DNA of 64,000 nt, from NCBI GenBank assembly GCA_963803975.1, contig CAWDOY010000003.1, positions 112,446 to 176,445 of the forward strand, given 5' to 3'. The translations under genes were made by a program, and so were the position numbers. Each line of letters opens with the position of its first letter. The stretch's first letter is position 1. Origin of the DNA: an uncultured delta proteobacterium (GTDB lineage: Bacteria > Desulfobacterota > WTBG01 > CAIYCZ01). The notes beneath the pieces were generated by a model. It did no database searches. It was not told where the DNA came from and worked only from the letters and a program-made list of their open reading frames with translations. Shown here piece by piece: positions 45,697 through 55,832 of the stretch.

Positions 45697-45775
45697 TGGA
45701 ACTCAGGAACTCATAAATTACAGCCTAATCAAATTAATCTGGAACTCAGGAACTGCATAAATATGATTTTTAAAC
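45697..45775. repeat. two ~26-bp direct repeats in the D-like/B-like intergenic region
   Basis: aatctggaactcaggaactcataaat ... aatctggaactcaggaactgcataaat. Confidence 0.6.
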
Positions 45776-45810
45776 CCTGTGCACGATCGTAGTTTTGTAT
45801 TGGAGATAGC

Positions 45811-47542
45811 ATGTCTGCAACTGACAGAAGAGATTTTATTGCTCCAGAAATAAAGATGAAGGAGATTCATAAGCCATCTTCTTTTGAAGGCGCTTTATGG
45901 GCCGCGCAGGGGATAACAGATGCCCGGGTGATTTATCATGCACCTCCCGGCTGCTATCTTATGCAGCACATGAACTCCATCTGCAATGAATGGCATCCTG
46001 AGATGTACAGCACGCTCATATCATACGCTGAAGTTATGCAGGGCACCGGGAAAAAGCTGGAGGAGGTGCTGGAAAAGGTTGTCGCTGAAAAGCCGCAGGC
46101 AATTATTATAATAACCTCACCGGTGATTGAGATTACCGGCGATGACGTTCAGGGTGCAGTCGCGGCTGCAGGATTCGAGAAGACGGTAATAATAAGACCA
46201 ACCCTGGGCGGCACACTCGCTGATGGAAAGGAAAAGGCATTTATCGCTCTGACCGGACTGATGAAGACAGACGAAGAGAAGCGGAAAAAGTCCGTCAATT
46301 TAATAGGGCCGACCTATAATACGTTCAACTGGCGGGCGGATGTATTTGAACTTAAAAGAATGCTCTCTGCCATCGGTATCTGCGTCAACGCTGTTTTAAC
46401 AGCTGACTGCACGGTTGATGAAATTATACATGCACCCCGGGCTGAACTAAATATATGCATGTATCCCTATGATTGCGGGATAGAATTTGCCAAGAAAATG
46501 CAGGAGCAGTTCAGCATACCGTATATTGCAAGCCATATTCCCCTTGGCTTCCGAGAATCAGCTGCATGGCTTGATGAAATTGCCCGGTTCTTTCTGATTG
46601 ATGCAAAGCAGTATATTGCACAGGAAATAAAAAGTGCCCGGGACTTTGTCACAACGCTTTTGGTAACCAACACCTTCTTTGAAGCAACGGCTGCCCTCTC
46701 AACTGACAACTGTGATACCTACAGCGTCGGGATAAGCAGTTTTCTGAAAAGAGAACTCGGCATGGATGTTTGCATGGCGTCGGTAGCAACTGATGAGGCA
46801 TTGGAAAAAGTGTCCCAGGTTTGCTCTACGGTACTATTAAATCCAAGCATTGATGAGAAAAAGTCGGTAATGCTGGAGAAATCCCCGACCATTATTCTCG
46901 GGAATTACTATGACCTCAAGCTTGCAACTGACCTGGGATTCAAGAACTTCCTGTTTGCGGATATCCCGCTTATCGGATACATCTTTTCAGAAACTACTCC
47001 ATTCATGGGCTTCATGGGTGCTAAGCATCTGGTGCAGGCCATGGGCAATGAGATTTATACCAAGATATTTATTGAGACCAAGGGGGAAATGGAAGGCGCC
47101 ATATCAGCAGGGGAGGTGCCGTGGGAACTCGATGCGGAGCGGGCGCTGGGAAGGATTGCTGAGATGCTCCCTCATTTTATACGTTCAATCGCGCTGAAGA
47201 AAATTCATCAAGTGGCAGATGAGACAGCCGTGCAAAAAAAATCTTCGGTCACGCTGGGGATCCTGCAGGAGGTCGCCACAAAATATACCCCGACGAGGTT
47301 TAAGTCAAAATATGCCACCATCTTTACGGATATAAAAGATACCCCGCTTGTTCCAGATGGCGCTGAGCAGACCGTGTTTCAGATGGAGTGGGATCAGGGC
47401 TGCTAAAGAGATGCTTGAGATGGTGCCCGATGAGTTCGTGGCAAAGGCGGTGAGGGAAACAGAAGGCTATGCCCGCGAGAACAATTATGGTCAAATAACT
47501 ACAGCGGTTGTCGAGGAATACCGGAAGAAGCTCGGCTTTTGA
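45811..47542 (+). CDS. nitrogenase component 1-type oxidoreductase, NifK/NifN/BchB-like (copy 1) with two C-terminal PCP_red-like domains; frameshift near 47395
   Basis: VIYHAPPGCY; PWELDAERALGRIAEMLPHFIRSIALKK; the last domain WSGIRAAKEMLEMVPDEFVAKAVRETEGYARENNYGQITTAVV is out of frame (ORF 47348..47542). Confidence 0.7.
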
Positions 47543-47555
47543 TTAATTGAAATAA

Positions 47556-48429
47556 CTATTCTTCGTCAAACCGCTTATCCCTCAGACTGTCTACAAACTG
47601 CGGGGTAATGACAGAAATTCCCTTTTCTTTTGCTGCATCAACAACCACTTCTATCATTCCATTCAAAAAGATAGCGGGCACTTTCAAAAGCCGTGCGCAG
47701 GCATCTTCCTGCCATGTGATGTTCGGGTCAAATCGGGAACAGGCATACTTAACGGTTGCCATGGTGTTGCCTTTTCCCCGCGGGATCGGGATAGCATAGG
47801 GCGGTGAGTGCCTGGCAAACCAGAACCGTACATTATCCCGGTATCCATAATCAACGGGCAGGGCAGGGAACCCCTGTCCCTTGAATAAACAATCCCGCCA
47901 TTTTTTCTGCATGATGATTTTGTCAATGCGCAGCAGAAAGTGGTATTCCATGCGCTCTTTATTATGCTGCAGCGTAAAACTCTCATCCCAGCTGCACAAA
48001 AAGACCTGAACCGCCTCTTTCACAATATCAGGATGCGTCGCGCAAACCTGGCGGTTGCGCGGCTTGCCATACGGGGTTGCCGGCAGCAGGGTAAAGATGC
48101 TTCTTTTCATTTTCTCCTCAGTGGTCTCACCGGGATAACCAAGCATAACGCAGTTCTTCATATATTTCTTCGTGTCAGGAATATAATTAAGGGAGCAAAC
48201 TTTCGTGCGTATGATGTTAGCGGCGGTATTGCTGCTGCCGCGTGCGATAAGCATCATGGCGTGCTGCTGGTCTCCCGCGATAATATGGGGAAAGCAGAGT
48301 GAATACGGTCCCAGGTTGATCATCCCGGACTCTGAATAAGGTGCTCACCAGTATCACCGGCATCGGAATAAAACTCGACGTCTGATAAAAGTTATCTACA
48401 ATTCGTATTTCGGTAAAATCCTGAGACAT
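47556..48429 (-). CDS. hypothetical protein with C-terminal PCP_red-like domain; one frameshift
   Basis: TWQEDACARLLKVPAIFLNGMIEVVVDAAKEKGISVIT; ORFs 47556..48323 and 48217..48429 overlap. Confidence 0.4.
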
Positions 48430-48656
48430 GCATGAACCTCCATTGGAAAGAGTAAAATGTTATAATTAACCGCGTTAAACAGATAATATAAGAGCCCTTT
48501 AATTTCAAGAAAAATGAAATTAAAGGGCTGATAAATATATCTTGACTCGAAAGTTGCTTGTGATAATAGTTTGGAAACTAAATATAAGGTATCAAATTAA
48601 ACAGCATGTGGCAACATAATTATTACAGCTGATAATCGGCTGACCATTTACCGGAT

Positions 48657-49157
48657 ATGAAGACAGGAAAGAAAATAATGAAAAATAAAAATGAAAACAT
48701 TAATTTAAAGGAAATTGAGGAGTTCGGAGATCATCTGCGCAATTGGAGAAATTTTTTCACTGAGTTTTTTAATAACGTAATAAAAGACAGCGGCAAAATA
48801 TCAGGCTTTGATTTCAGTATGTCACAGTTTAAGACCATGGGGGCCTTTCGGGAAGATACGGTCTATACCATGGGCGAGTTAAGTAAAAATGCTTCTGTTA
48901 CCATGCCGACCATGACTGAAATGATTGATAATCTGGAGCGGGAAGGAATTGCCGAGCGGATAAGGGATTCTCAGGATCGGAGGGTAGTAAAGGTACGTTT
49001 AACTGCAAAAGGAAAAAAGCTGCGCAAGAAATTCATGGATAAACGAAGGAATGAACTTAAAAACATACTCAGCAATCTGAGTAAAGAAGACCGGGGTGAG
49101 CTTATGAATGCGCTTGCCAAAGCGTACAGCGTACTGAAGAAAAACAGCACGGTATAA
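48657..49157 (+). CDS. MarR-family transcriptional regulator
   Basis: Winged HTH TMGELSKNASVTMPTMTEMIDNLEREGIAERIRDSQDRRVVKVRLTAKG. Confidence 0.7.
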   Translation: MKTGKKIMKNKNENINLKEIEEFGDHLRNWRNFFTEFFNNVIKDSGKISGFDFSMSQFKTMGAFREDTVYTMGELSKNASVTMPTMTEMIDNLEREGIAERIRDSQDRRVVKVRLTAKGKKLRKKFMDKRRNELKNILSNLSKEDRGELMNALAKAYSVLKKNSTV

Positions 49158-49192
49158 TACGGCCTGTAGAATAAACAGATAAGGAGAGGATT

Positions 49193-50438
49193 ATGCTTAA
49201 AAGCTATGAGCACTGCTGTTCTTCAATGCAGGCTTTGGCAACACTGGGGAAGGTGGAGGGAATCATTCCTTTGCTGCATGGACCGCAGCCATGCGCCTAT
49301 CAGATTCAGATAGGAACCATGACCTGCCGTCCATCACGCCTTCTTACCGCTGGTACTTTGATTAAGAAATCAGAGGTGGTCTTCGGCGGCGAAGAAAATT
49401 TAAAAAATCAAATAATCAATATGTACCGCCAGTATAAGCCAAAAATAATCGTAATCATCAATACGTGTCTTCCCCAGCTCATCGGCGAGGATATAAAAGG
49501 GGTAATCAGTGAAATAGAACTGGAACTGCCTGATTTAAAAGTGACCTATATTGACAGTGGATTCAATTTCCCTAAATGTATGCCTCTGGGAAACGATGTG
49601 GCGTGGGTATCGATCGTGAGACTGCTTGAAATAAAAGAGAAGGTAAAGGGATCAATTGGTCTGGTTGGAAGGTCAGGGCAGGATGCCGGAGCTTTTACAT
49701 CATTTGACACGTTTTTAAAGCGGGCAGGGATTACGGTATTCCCGTTTCCCGCTCCGCATCTGAATGAAATGGAAAAAATTGCATGTGCAGAAATTATATT
49801 CCCAGTCCATGTAGTACCGTTCCTGACCTGCAAAGAGATGAGCGAACGCTTCGGGTCAAGGGTAGAATATATTGAAATTCCTGCAGGTGTGCAGGGCACT
49901 ACAAATTTCCTGCGGGGGGTTGCTGATATCCTGAAAAACCAGAAGCTGCATGATCTGGTGGATACAGCAGGAGCAGGAAATGCGGCCCCGCATAGAAGCT
50001 ATAAAAGAGCGCTTTGCCAAAAACCCGATTAAAGTGATGTTTGCATTCGGGCCGGCAAGTGAGTTCGGGCTGAGCAAGATTATGGCTGACTTCGGAGCTG
50101 AGGTCATAATGATTCCTTCAATGAAAAATAAGTTCGCACAGCAGGAGAAAGAGCTGCAGAAGAAGCGATACAACGTGACTATTATTGAGGAAGATTTTGA
50201 TACCCTGGAGGATCTCTATGATCAGTACCGGCCGGATGCAGTGTTTTGTGAAACGCAGGGCCGGGTAGAACTTACCTCGCGGCTTATTCCAACATTTTGC
50301 AACATGACTTATTTAACTGCTTACGGATATGACTTTGCTCTGGATATGGGGGAAAAGTTCCATGAGAGTATGAAGCTCGATGTATTATCATCCTGGAGAG
50401 ATGTGGTTCAGAGATACGGAGGCGATCTCAATGCGTAG
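49193..50438 (+). CDS. nitrogenase component 1-type oxidoreductase, NifD/BchN-like (copy 2), one frameshift near 49990
   Basis: ALATLGKVEGIIPLLHGPQPCAY; paralog of 44450..45692. Confidence 0.7.
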
Positions 50439-52194
50439 TACTGAAGGCAAGGCAATGAAGCAGCTGGAACTGGCAGGCGCCCGCGAGCTGAAGATGAAGG
50501 AGATTCATAAGCCTTCAGCGTTTGAGGGGGCTTTGTGGACGGCTCTCGGTATAAAAGATGCGCGGGTTATTTACCACGCACCTCCCGGCTGCTACATCAG
50601 TCAGCATATGGATGCGCTGATGCATGAGTATCCGTTTGAATTATATACGACGTCACTTTCATATGCCAATGTTATGCAGGGTGCAGAGAACCAGCTCGAA
50701 GCAGTGTTGAGAAAAACCCTGGCACGAAAACCAAAACCGAAACTGGTAATCATTGTTACTTCTCCCAGTGTTGAAATAACCGGCGATGATGTGGAGGGGG
50801 TTGTAGAAAAAGTCGGAGATAAAAACTGTGTCGTAATAAGGCCCCCGATTGGCGGAAGCCTGCACGAGGGAAGGGAAAAGGCGTTAATAAGTCTGATAGA
50901 CATAATGGTTCCAGCTGTTGAAAAGATTGCTAAAACAGTTAATTTTATTGGTCCGACTTTTGATACCTTTAACTGGAGAGCTGACGCATTTGAGCTAAAA
51001 AGAATGCTTTCACGTATCGGCATCAAGGTTAATGCGGTACTGACCGGTGGATCACGAGTGAATGAAATTATTAACGCACCACGTGCTTTATTAAACCTCT
51101 GCTTGTATCCCTATGACTGCGGTATTGAGACGGCGCAGATCATGGAGAAGAAATTCGGCATTCCGTATCTTGCCGGCCATGTACCAATTGGTTTTAAAGA
51201 ATCTGCTGTCTGGCTTGAAGAAATTGCTGGCTTTTTCAAGGTGGACGCACGGGAATATCTTAAAGAAGAGACCGAAATGATATTTGAACTAATCCAGTCC
51301 TTTATGGTGCTGCCTATTACGTTTGAATGCTCTGCTGCTCTGTCGCTGGATAATAACGATACCTATGCAGTGGGCATAAGTCAATTTCTGAAAAAGGAAT
51401 TGGGAATGGAGCTCTCCATGGTGGCTGTAGGCAGTGATGCTGCAGGGGAAAAAGTAAAAGAAGTCTGCAGTAATGTTCTGGTAGAACCTACCATTGATGA
51501 AAAGAAGGAGCAGTTTATCGAAAAGGGCCCGATGATGATTATGGGCAACTTTTATGATTTAAAGATAGCCAAAGAACTTGGTTTTAATAACTTCCTCTTC
51601 GCTGATATTCCAACGCTGGGATACATTGCCACAGAGGCAAGCCCCTACATGGGTTTCCAGGGGGCAAGGAATTTGATTCAGCAGACGGGCAATCAGATTT
51701 ATATCAATTTTCTCATTGAGACCAAGGGCGGCATGGAAGAAGCCATCTCTTTGGGAGAAATTCCCTGGGACCTTGATGCACGGGAAGCGTTTGTAAAAGT
51801 CGCAGCCGTAATTCCGCATTTTATTAAAGCTACCGCCATGAGAAAGCTGCAGAAAAAAGCAGAAGAGCTTGCAGTTAAAAATGGCACGGGAATTACTATG
51901 GATATAATTAGAACGGTAACAGAACAGTACACGCCAACCAGGTTTAAATCAAAATTTTTATCTGCATTGCAGGGCGGTCAAGACGGAGAGCAACAGGGGG
52001 AATTTTCTGCAGAACTAACATTTACCATGGAATGGGATGCACCAGCCAGGGAATTGATGGAAAAGATTCCGCAGGAAGTTAAAACAATGGCAGTTGCAGG
52101 TACTGAGGAATTTGCAAGAGAGAAAGGCTACAAAAAAATAACAGTCGGCGTAGTGAATGAGTTCAAAGAAGAGGCCGGCATGGGGAAAAATTAA
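50380..52194 (+). CDS. nitrogenase component 1-type oxidoreductase, NifK/BchB-like (copy 2) with two C-terminal PCP_red-like domains, intact
   Basis: VIYHAPPGCYISQHM; IPWDLDAREAFVKVAAVIPHFIKATAMRKL; MEWDAPARELMEKIPQEVKTMAVAGTEEFAREKGYKKITVGVV. Confidence 0.75.
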   Translation: MYYHPGEMWFRDTEAISMRSTEGKAMKQLELAGARELKMKEIHKPSAFEGALWTALGIKDARVIYHAPPGCYISQHMDALMHEYPFELYTTSLSYANVMQGAENQLEAVLRKTLARKPKPKLVIIVTSPSVEITGDDVEGVVEKVGDKNCVVIRPPIGGSLHEGREKALISLIDIMVPAVEKIAKTVNFIGPTFDTFNWRADAFELKRMLSRIGIKVNAVLTGGSRVNEIINAPRALLNLCLYPYDCGIETAQIMEKKFGIPYLAGHVPIGFKESAVWLEEIAGFFKVDAREYLKEETEMIFELIQSFMVLPITFECSAALSLDNNDTYAVGISQFLKKELGMELSMVAVGSDAAGEKVKEVCSNVLVEPTIDEKKEQFIEKGPMMIMGNFYDLKIAKELGFNNFLFADIPTLGYIATEASPYMGFQGARNLIQQTGNQIYINFLIETKGGMEEAISLGEIPWDLDAREAFVKVAAVIPHFIKATAMRKLQKKAEELAVKNGTGITMDIIRTVTEQYTPTRFKSKFLSALQGGQDGEQQGEFSAELTFTMEWDAPARELMEKIPQEVKTMAVAGTEEFAREKGYKKITVGVVNEFKEEAGMGKN

Positions 52195-52299
52195 ACGAAA
52201 TGTTCTTAACAGAAAGGAGGCAAACATTTACGCAATAATAGCAGAAAATGAAAGCCAGAGAAAATTTAAAACTATGAAAAAATATGGAGGAGAATTGTT

Positions 52300-53239
52300 A
52301 TGAAAAAAACATTGTCAGTACTGTTTGCTTTTATATTTATGGTTAGTTCCGCCTCTATACTATTTGCTTCAGAAGCAAAAAAGGCAGCAACTGCAGGCGG
52401 CAAAGAAAAGATAGGTATTCTTATGGTTGCCCATGGAGAGCCGGAAACGTTTGATGCTCCGGTATGGGAAAAAGGCTTAAAACTGATGTTCAAAGAGTTT
52501 AAGGACTCCGGCATGGAAGTACCTACTGATGAAGCATTTCCGACAATCCTTGAAGAGATTAAGCATAAATATGAGGTTATGGGAGGTAAATCACGCCATG
52601 CCGAAATGTCACGATTGCAGTGCAAGCTTGTCTGCACAGAAGATGCCCGGCTATGATTTCCGTCTTGGCTTTATGGAGTTTATGGGGCCTGAATTTTCCG
52701 AAGTGGCAGAAGGGATGATTAAGGATGGAATTAAAAAGATAGTCTTTCTGCACATGCTGCAGACGGATTCCACACACACCGGAGAAATAAACAACAAGAT
52801 AAAAGAGATGAAGCTTGAGGAGCGGGGGATAAAATACGCAATCAGCAAGCCACTCTTCTACAGACCTGAACCTACGCAGCTCGTTATCGATAAAATTTTG
52901 AAAGCTACCGGGAATACGCCGTATGAGCAGGTCGGGGTTGTGCTTGCATCACACGGAGAACCTGAGGCCTGGGTTAAAGCGAATCTGTTAAATACAAAAT
53001 GCAAAGAGCAGGAGATTGCATTCTGTAACTGCGTAAAAAAGGGCTTAATTGAGAGAGGCTTTGTTTGGGAAAATATTACCCAGGGATTTAATGAATTCCA
53101 AAAACCGGAAATGCCCGAGGCGGTAGAGCTTATGGCTGAACGGAAAGCAAAGAAAGTGGTTGTCATCCCCAGCTTTGGCACTACTGAAGGAATGCATATC
53201 ACCTACGATATACCGACCAAAGCACGGACAGCTTGGTAG
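52300..53239 (+). CDS. secreted two-domain class II chelatase-fold protein (CbiX/CbiK/SirB-like); one frameshift
   Basis: Signal peptide; GILMVAHGEPE and VGVVLASHGEPE half-domains; VVVIPSFGTTEGMHITYDIP. Confidence 0.5.
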
Positions 53240-53339
53240 ATCCTTCAATAGAACTGGTTTATACCGGAGGATGGAACGATAACCCGCTTCTTATAAAAGC
53301 ATGGGTTGAGCTTGCAAAAGAGGCTTTGAAAAGGTTGTA

Positions 53340-53540
53340 GTGACTAACTATTTTAAAAGGATACTAAGCATGGCAAAAATAGATACAACTAAGTGTGTAG
53401 GATGCGGCGGGTGCATTGACCTCTGTCCAGTGATTGCGATTGCTATGATACAGGATGTGGTGACTGTAGATCAGGATATCTGTACAAAATGCGGCATCTG
53501 CATAAAAGTCTGTCCCGTGCGTGCACCTTACGAAGATTAG
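53340..53540 (+). CDS. 2[4Fe-4S] ferredoxin
   Basis: CVGCGGCIDLCP and CTKCGICIKVCP. Confidence 0.8.
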   Translation: MTNYFKRILSMAKIDTTKCVGCGGCIDLCPVIAIAMIQDVVTVDQDICTKCGICIKVCPVRAPYED

Positions 53541-53577
53541 CACGAATAATTAGACATTTTATAAAAGAGGATGCTAT

Positions 53578-54909
53578 ATGGCAAAAAAATATGATCTCGT
53601 GATAGTGGGCGCGGGCCCTGCAGGATTAATGGCTGGAAGAATCGCTGCTGAGAACGGCTTGAAGGTTGTCATTTTAGAGAGGAAAACAGATATCTGCAAG
53701 GTGAGAAGATTTGACGGCGGCGTGTTTGCTATCAATGAATACACCTTTGGCCAGCTCGCTTTGTATAACGAACGGGATAAGAGGGTCACTTTTCCTGTTG
53801 GCGGATTTTCCACTCGCTATGACGGCCCGTACACCAATGTTTTTGGCTTCCACCTTTATTCGCCGGGAGGAAAAAGGCTGCGGTTTGGTGACTGGACGAA
53901 ACTGAAGGACGATCCAATAAAAAACCGGGTAGCCATAGCGCTCAATAAAGAAATACTGTTAAAAAGCATGCTTGATGATTGTCTGGCAACGAGTGTTGAG
54001 GTGTTACCCAATGTAAATGTCACTGCCGTGAAAACCGGCGATAACCGGGTTACGGTAACCGGCAACGGCGAGGAGTATGAAGCACCGTTTCTGATAGCGG
54101 CAGATGGTTCTAATTCGAGGATTGCACGGCTTGCCGGTTTCAACAAAGAACGGGAGTTTTTTGCTACCTCGCGTCACATCGGTTATGAGGTTGAGGGAAT
54201 GGACTATGATGAATTAAACGGGTTTATCATAGCTCTCACCAAACATGGCTTCTACAGCATACTCCCTTATTTTGAAAAAGGGGTAAATCACATCGGGCAT
54301 CTTACCCATGACCCGTCAGTAGACCTGCATGCAACCATGCAATGGTTCATCAAGGAATCGCCGGTCTTTTCATCCTGGTTTAAAAAGGCCAAGGTGCGCG
54401 AAACAGGACTTACCGGATGTGTTGTGAATGTCTATAAGGCACTGGAAGACCCGTTTAAAGATAATGTGATACTGGTGTCTGATGCTGCCTGGATACAGGA
54501 GGTGAGCATTCCCTCGGCAATGTGTTTTGGCTGGAAGGCGGCAAATGCTGTTACGCTGGCTTTGCATGATGGAAAACCAAACCGTGAAGGAGTGCAAAGC
54601 TATCTTGATTGGTATGGCATTAATTTTTACCAGCCGCACGGCAACAGAAAAATGGTTGCAATTGAAATGCAGAAGTTTCTTGCAACCGAAGACCTTGATT
54701 ATCTGGCAGAGCTGCCGGGGAAGGTCTTTCGCCAGACCATGGATTTCCACTATCTGTTCCATATGCTCGGCGAGATATATGGCGGAGACGGGATGATAAA
54801 AATATCAGAAGAGCGTCCGGATATCATGGAAAAGCTTATTGATGCGCGGGGAAGTATGGCAGAAGCATCTGAGGAAAGACGCAAGATGGGTTTTCCCGGG
54901 AAAAAATAA
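53578..54909 (+). CDS. FAD-dependent oxidoreductase, geranylgeranyl reductase family
   Basis: YDLVIVGAGPAGLMAGRIAAENGLKVVILERK; ~440 aa; cognate ferredoxin directly upstream. Confidence 0.7.
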   Translation: MAKKYDLVIVGAGPAGLMAGRIAAENGLKVVILERKTDICKVRRFDGGVFAINEYTFGQLALYNERDKRVTFPVGGFSTRYDGPYTNVFGFHLYSPGGKRLRFGDWTKLKDDPIKNRVAIALNKEILLKSMLDDCLATSVEVLPNVNVTAVKTGDNRVTVTGNGEEYEAPFLIAADGSNSRIARLAGFNKEREFFATSRHIGYEVEGMDYDELNGFIIALTKHGFYSILPYFEKGVNHIGHLTHDPSVDLHATMQWFIKESPVFSSWFKKAKVRETGLTGCVVNVYKALEDPFKDNVILVSDAAWIQEVSIPSAMCFGWKAANAVTLALHDGKPNREGVQSYLDWYGINFYQPHGNRKMVAIEMQKFLATEDLDYLAELPGKVFRQTMDFHYLFHMLGEIYGGDGMIKISEERPDIMEKLIDARGSMAEASEERRKMGFPGKK

Positions 54910-54927
54910 TAAACAAAGGAGAAGAAC

Positions 54928-55743
54928 ATGAATAAAATCAGATTACCAATAATACCAGTTATAGTTGCAGCACTGATGTGCATGTGGGCATACGGCACCG
55001 TAGCCTACGCAGCCGCAGATATAAAAGCTTTGAAAACTAAAATAGACGATACCTGGGACAGTGGTGATTTTAAAGCATTTGAAAATCTGGAAAAGGAATT
55101 AACTTCACAGGTTAGCGATAAGGATGCTGATGGCTGTCTGGTGCTGGCTAAATTTTACTATTGGTATTCGATGCTCTATGCGGAAAAAGCAAATACTGAT
55201 AAAAAGCACTGGCTTGATGAGGAAAAGTATGCCGGCGATAAGGCACTGTGGGCTAAAGGCGGGGAGATGATTGATAAGGCCCTTGACTTAATTAAAAAGG
55301 CTGATGAAATGAGTCCGGGAAATCCCCAAATACTTCCTTATTATGCTGTAATCAAATATCGCAAGATACGCCATTGCGGCAACATGATATGTGCCATGCT
55401 GCATATGAAGAGCCTTTTGGATGTAACCCGGCTTACCATTGAGAAAGGCAAAAATGACGCAAGCGCCAATCTGGCTTATGGTATCTACAAGCTCGGCAGA
55501 TCACAGAAAATGGGAGGCAATCCCCGTGAAGCCATCAGCTATCTGCAGGTGGTTATAAAACTTGATCCCAACAGGGCCGAAGGATATTTCTGGTACGGTA
55601 AATTTTTCATGAGCCCGAATATAAAATTTCAACCTAAGCTTGCCCGTCCGAATTTTGAAAAGGCGGTTGCTCTTAATCCAAAAAACTGGCTGTATAAGGA
55701 AACGCTTGAACAATTTAACAAAGACTATCCTCCTGAAAAATAA
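54928..55743 (+). CDS. secreted hypothetical protein (helical/TPR-like)
   Basis: Signal peptide; 271 aa. Confidence 0.4.
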   Translation: MNKIRLPIIPVIVAALMCMWAYGTVAYAAADIKALKTKIDDTWDSGDFKAFENLEKELTSQVSDKDADGCLVLAKFYYWYSMLYAEKANTDKKHWLDEEKYAGDKALWAKGGEMIDKALDLIKKADEMSPGNPQILPYYAVIKYRKIRHCGNMICAMLHMKSLLDVTRLTIEKGKNDASANLAYGIYKLGRSQKMGGNPREAISYLQVVIKLDPNRAEGYFWYGKFFMSPNIKFQPKLARPNFEKAVALNPKNWLYKETLEQFNKDYPPEK

Positions 55744-55832
55744 AACAACAATAATTCTGCTATGGTTCGGGACCATCTTTAGTTTAGGCGGTTCCGAACC
55801 TTAATAAATTTAAATACACCAAGAGGTATAGC

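Noticed and set aside
45697-45775. Sigma-54 (-24/-12) promoter reading of the ctggaactcaggaactgca repeat
   Set aside because: The GG...GC spacing is two nt longer than the TGGCAC-N5-TTGC consensus. The first repeat lacks the GC element, so the direct-repeat interpretation is kept.
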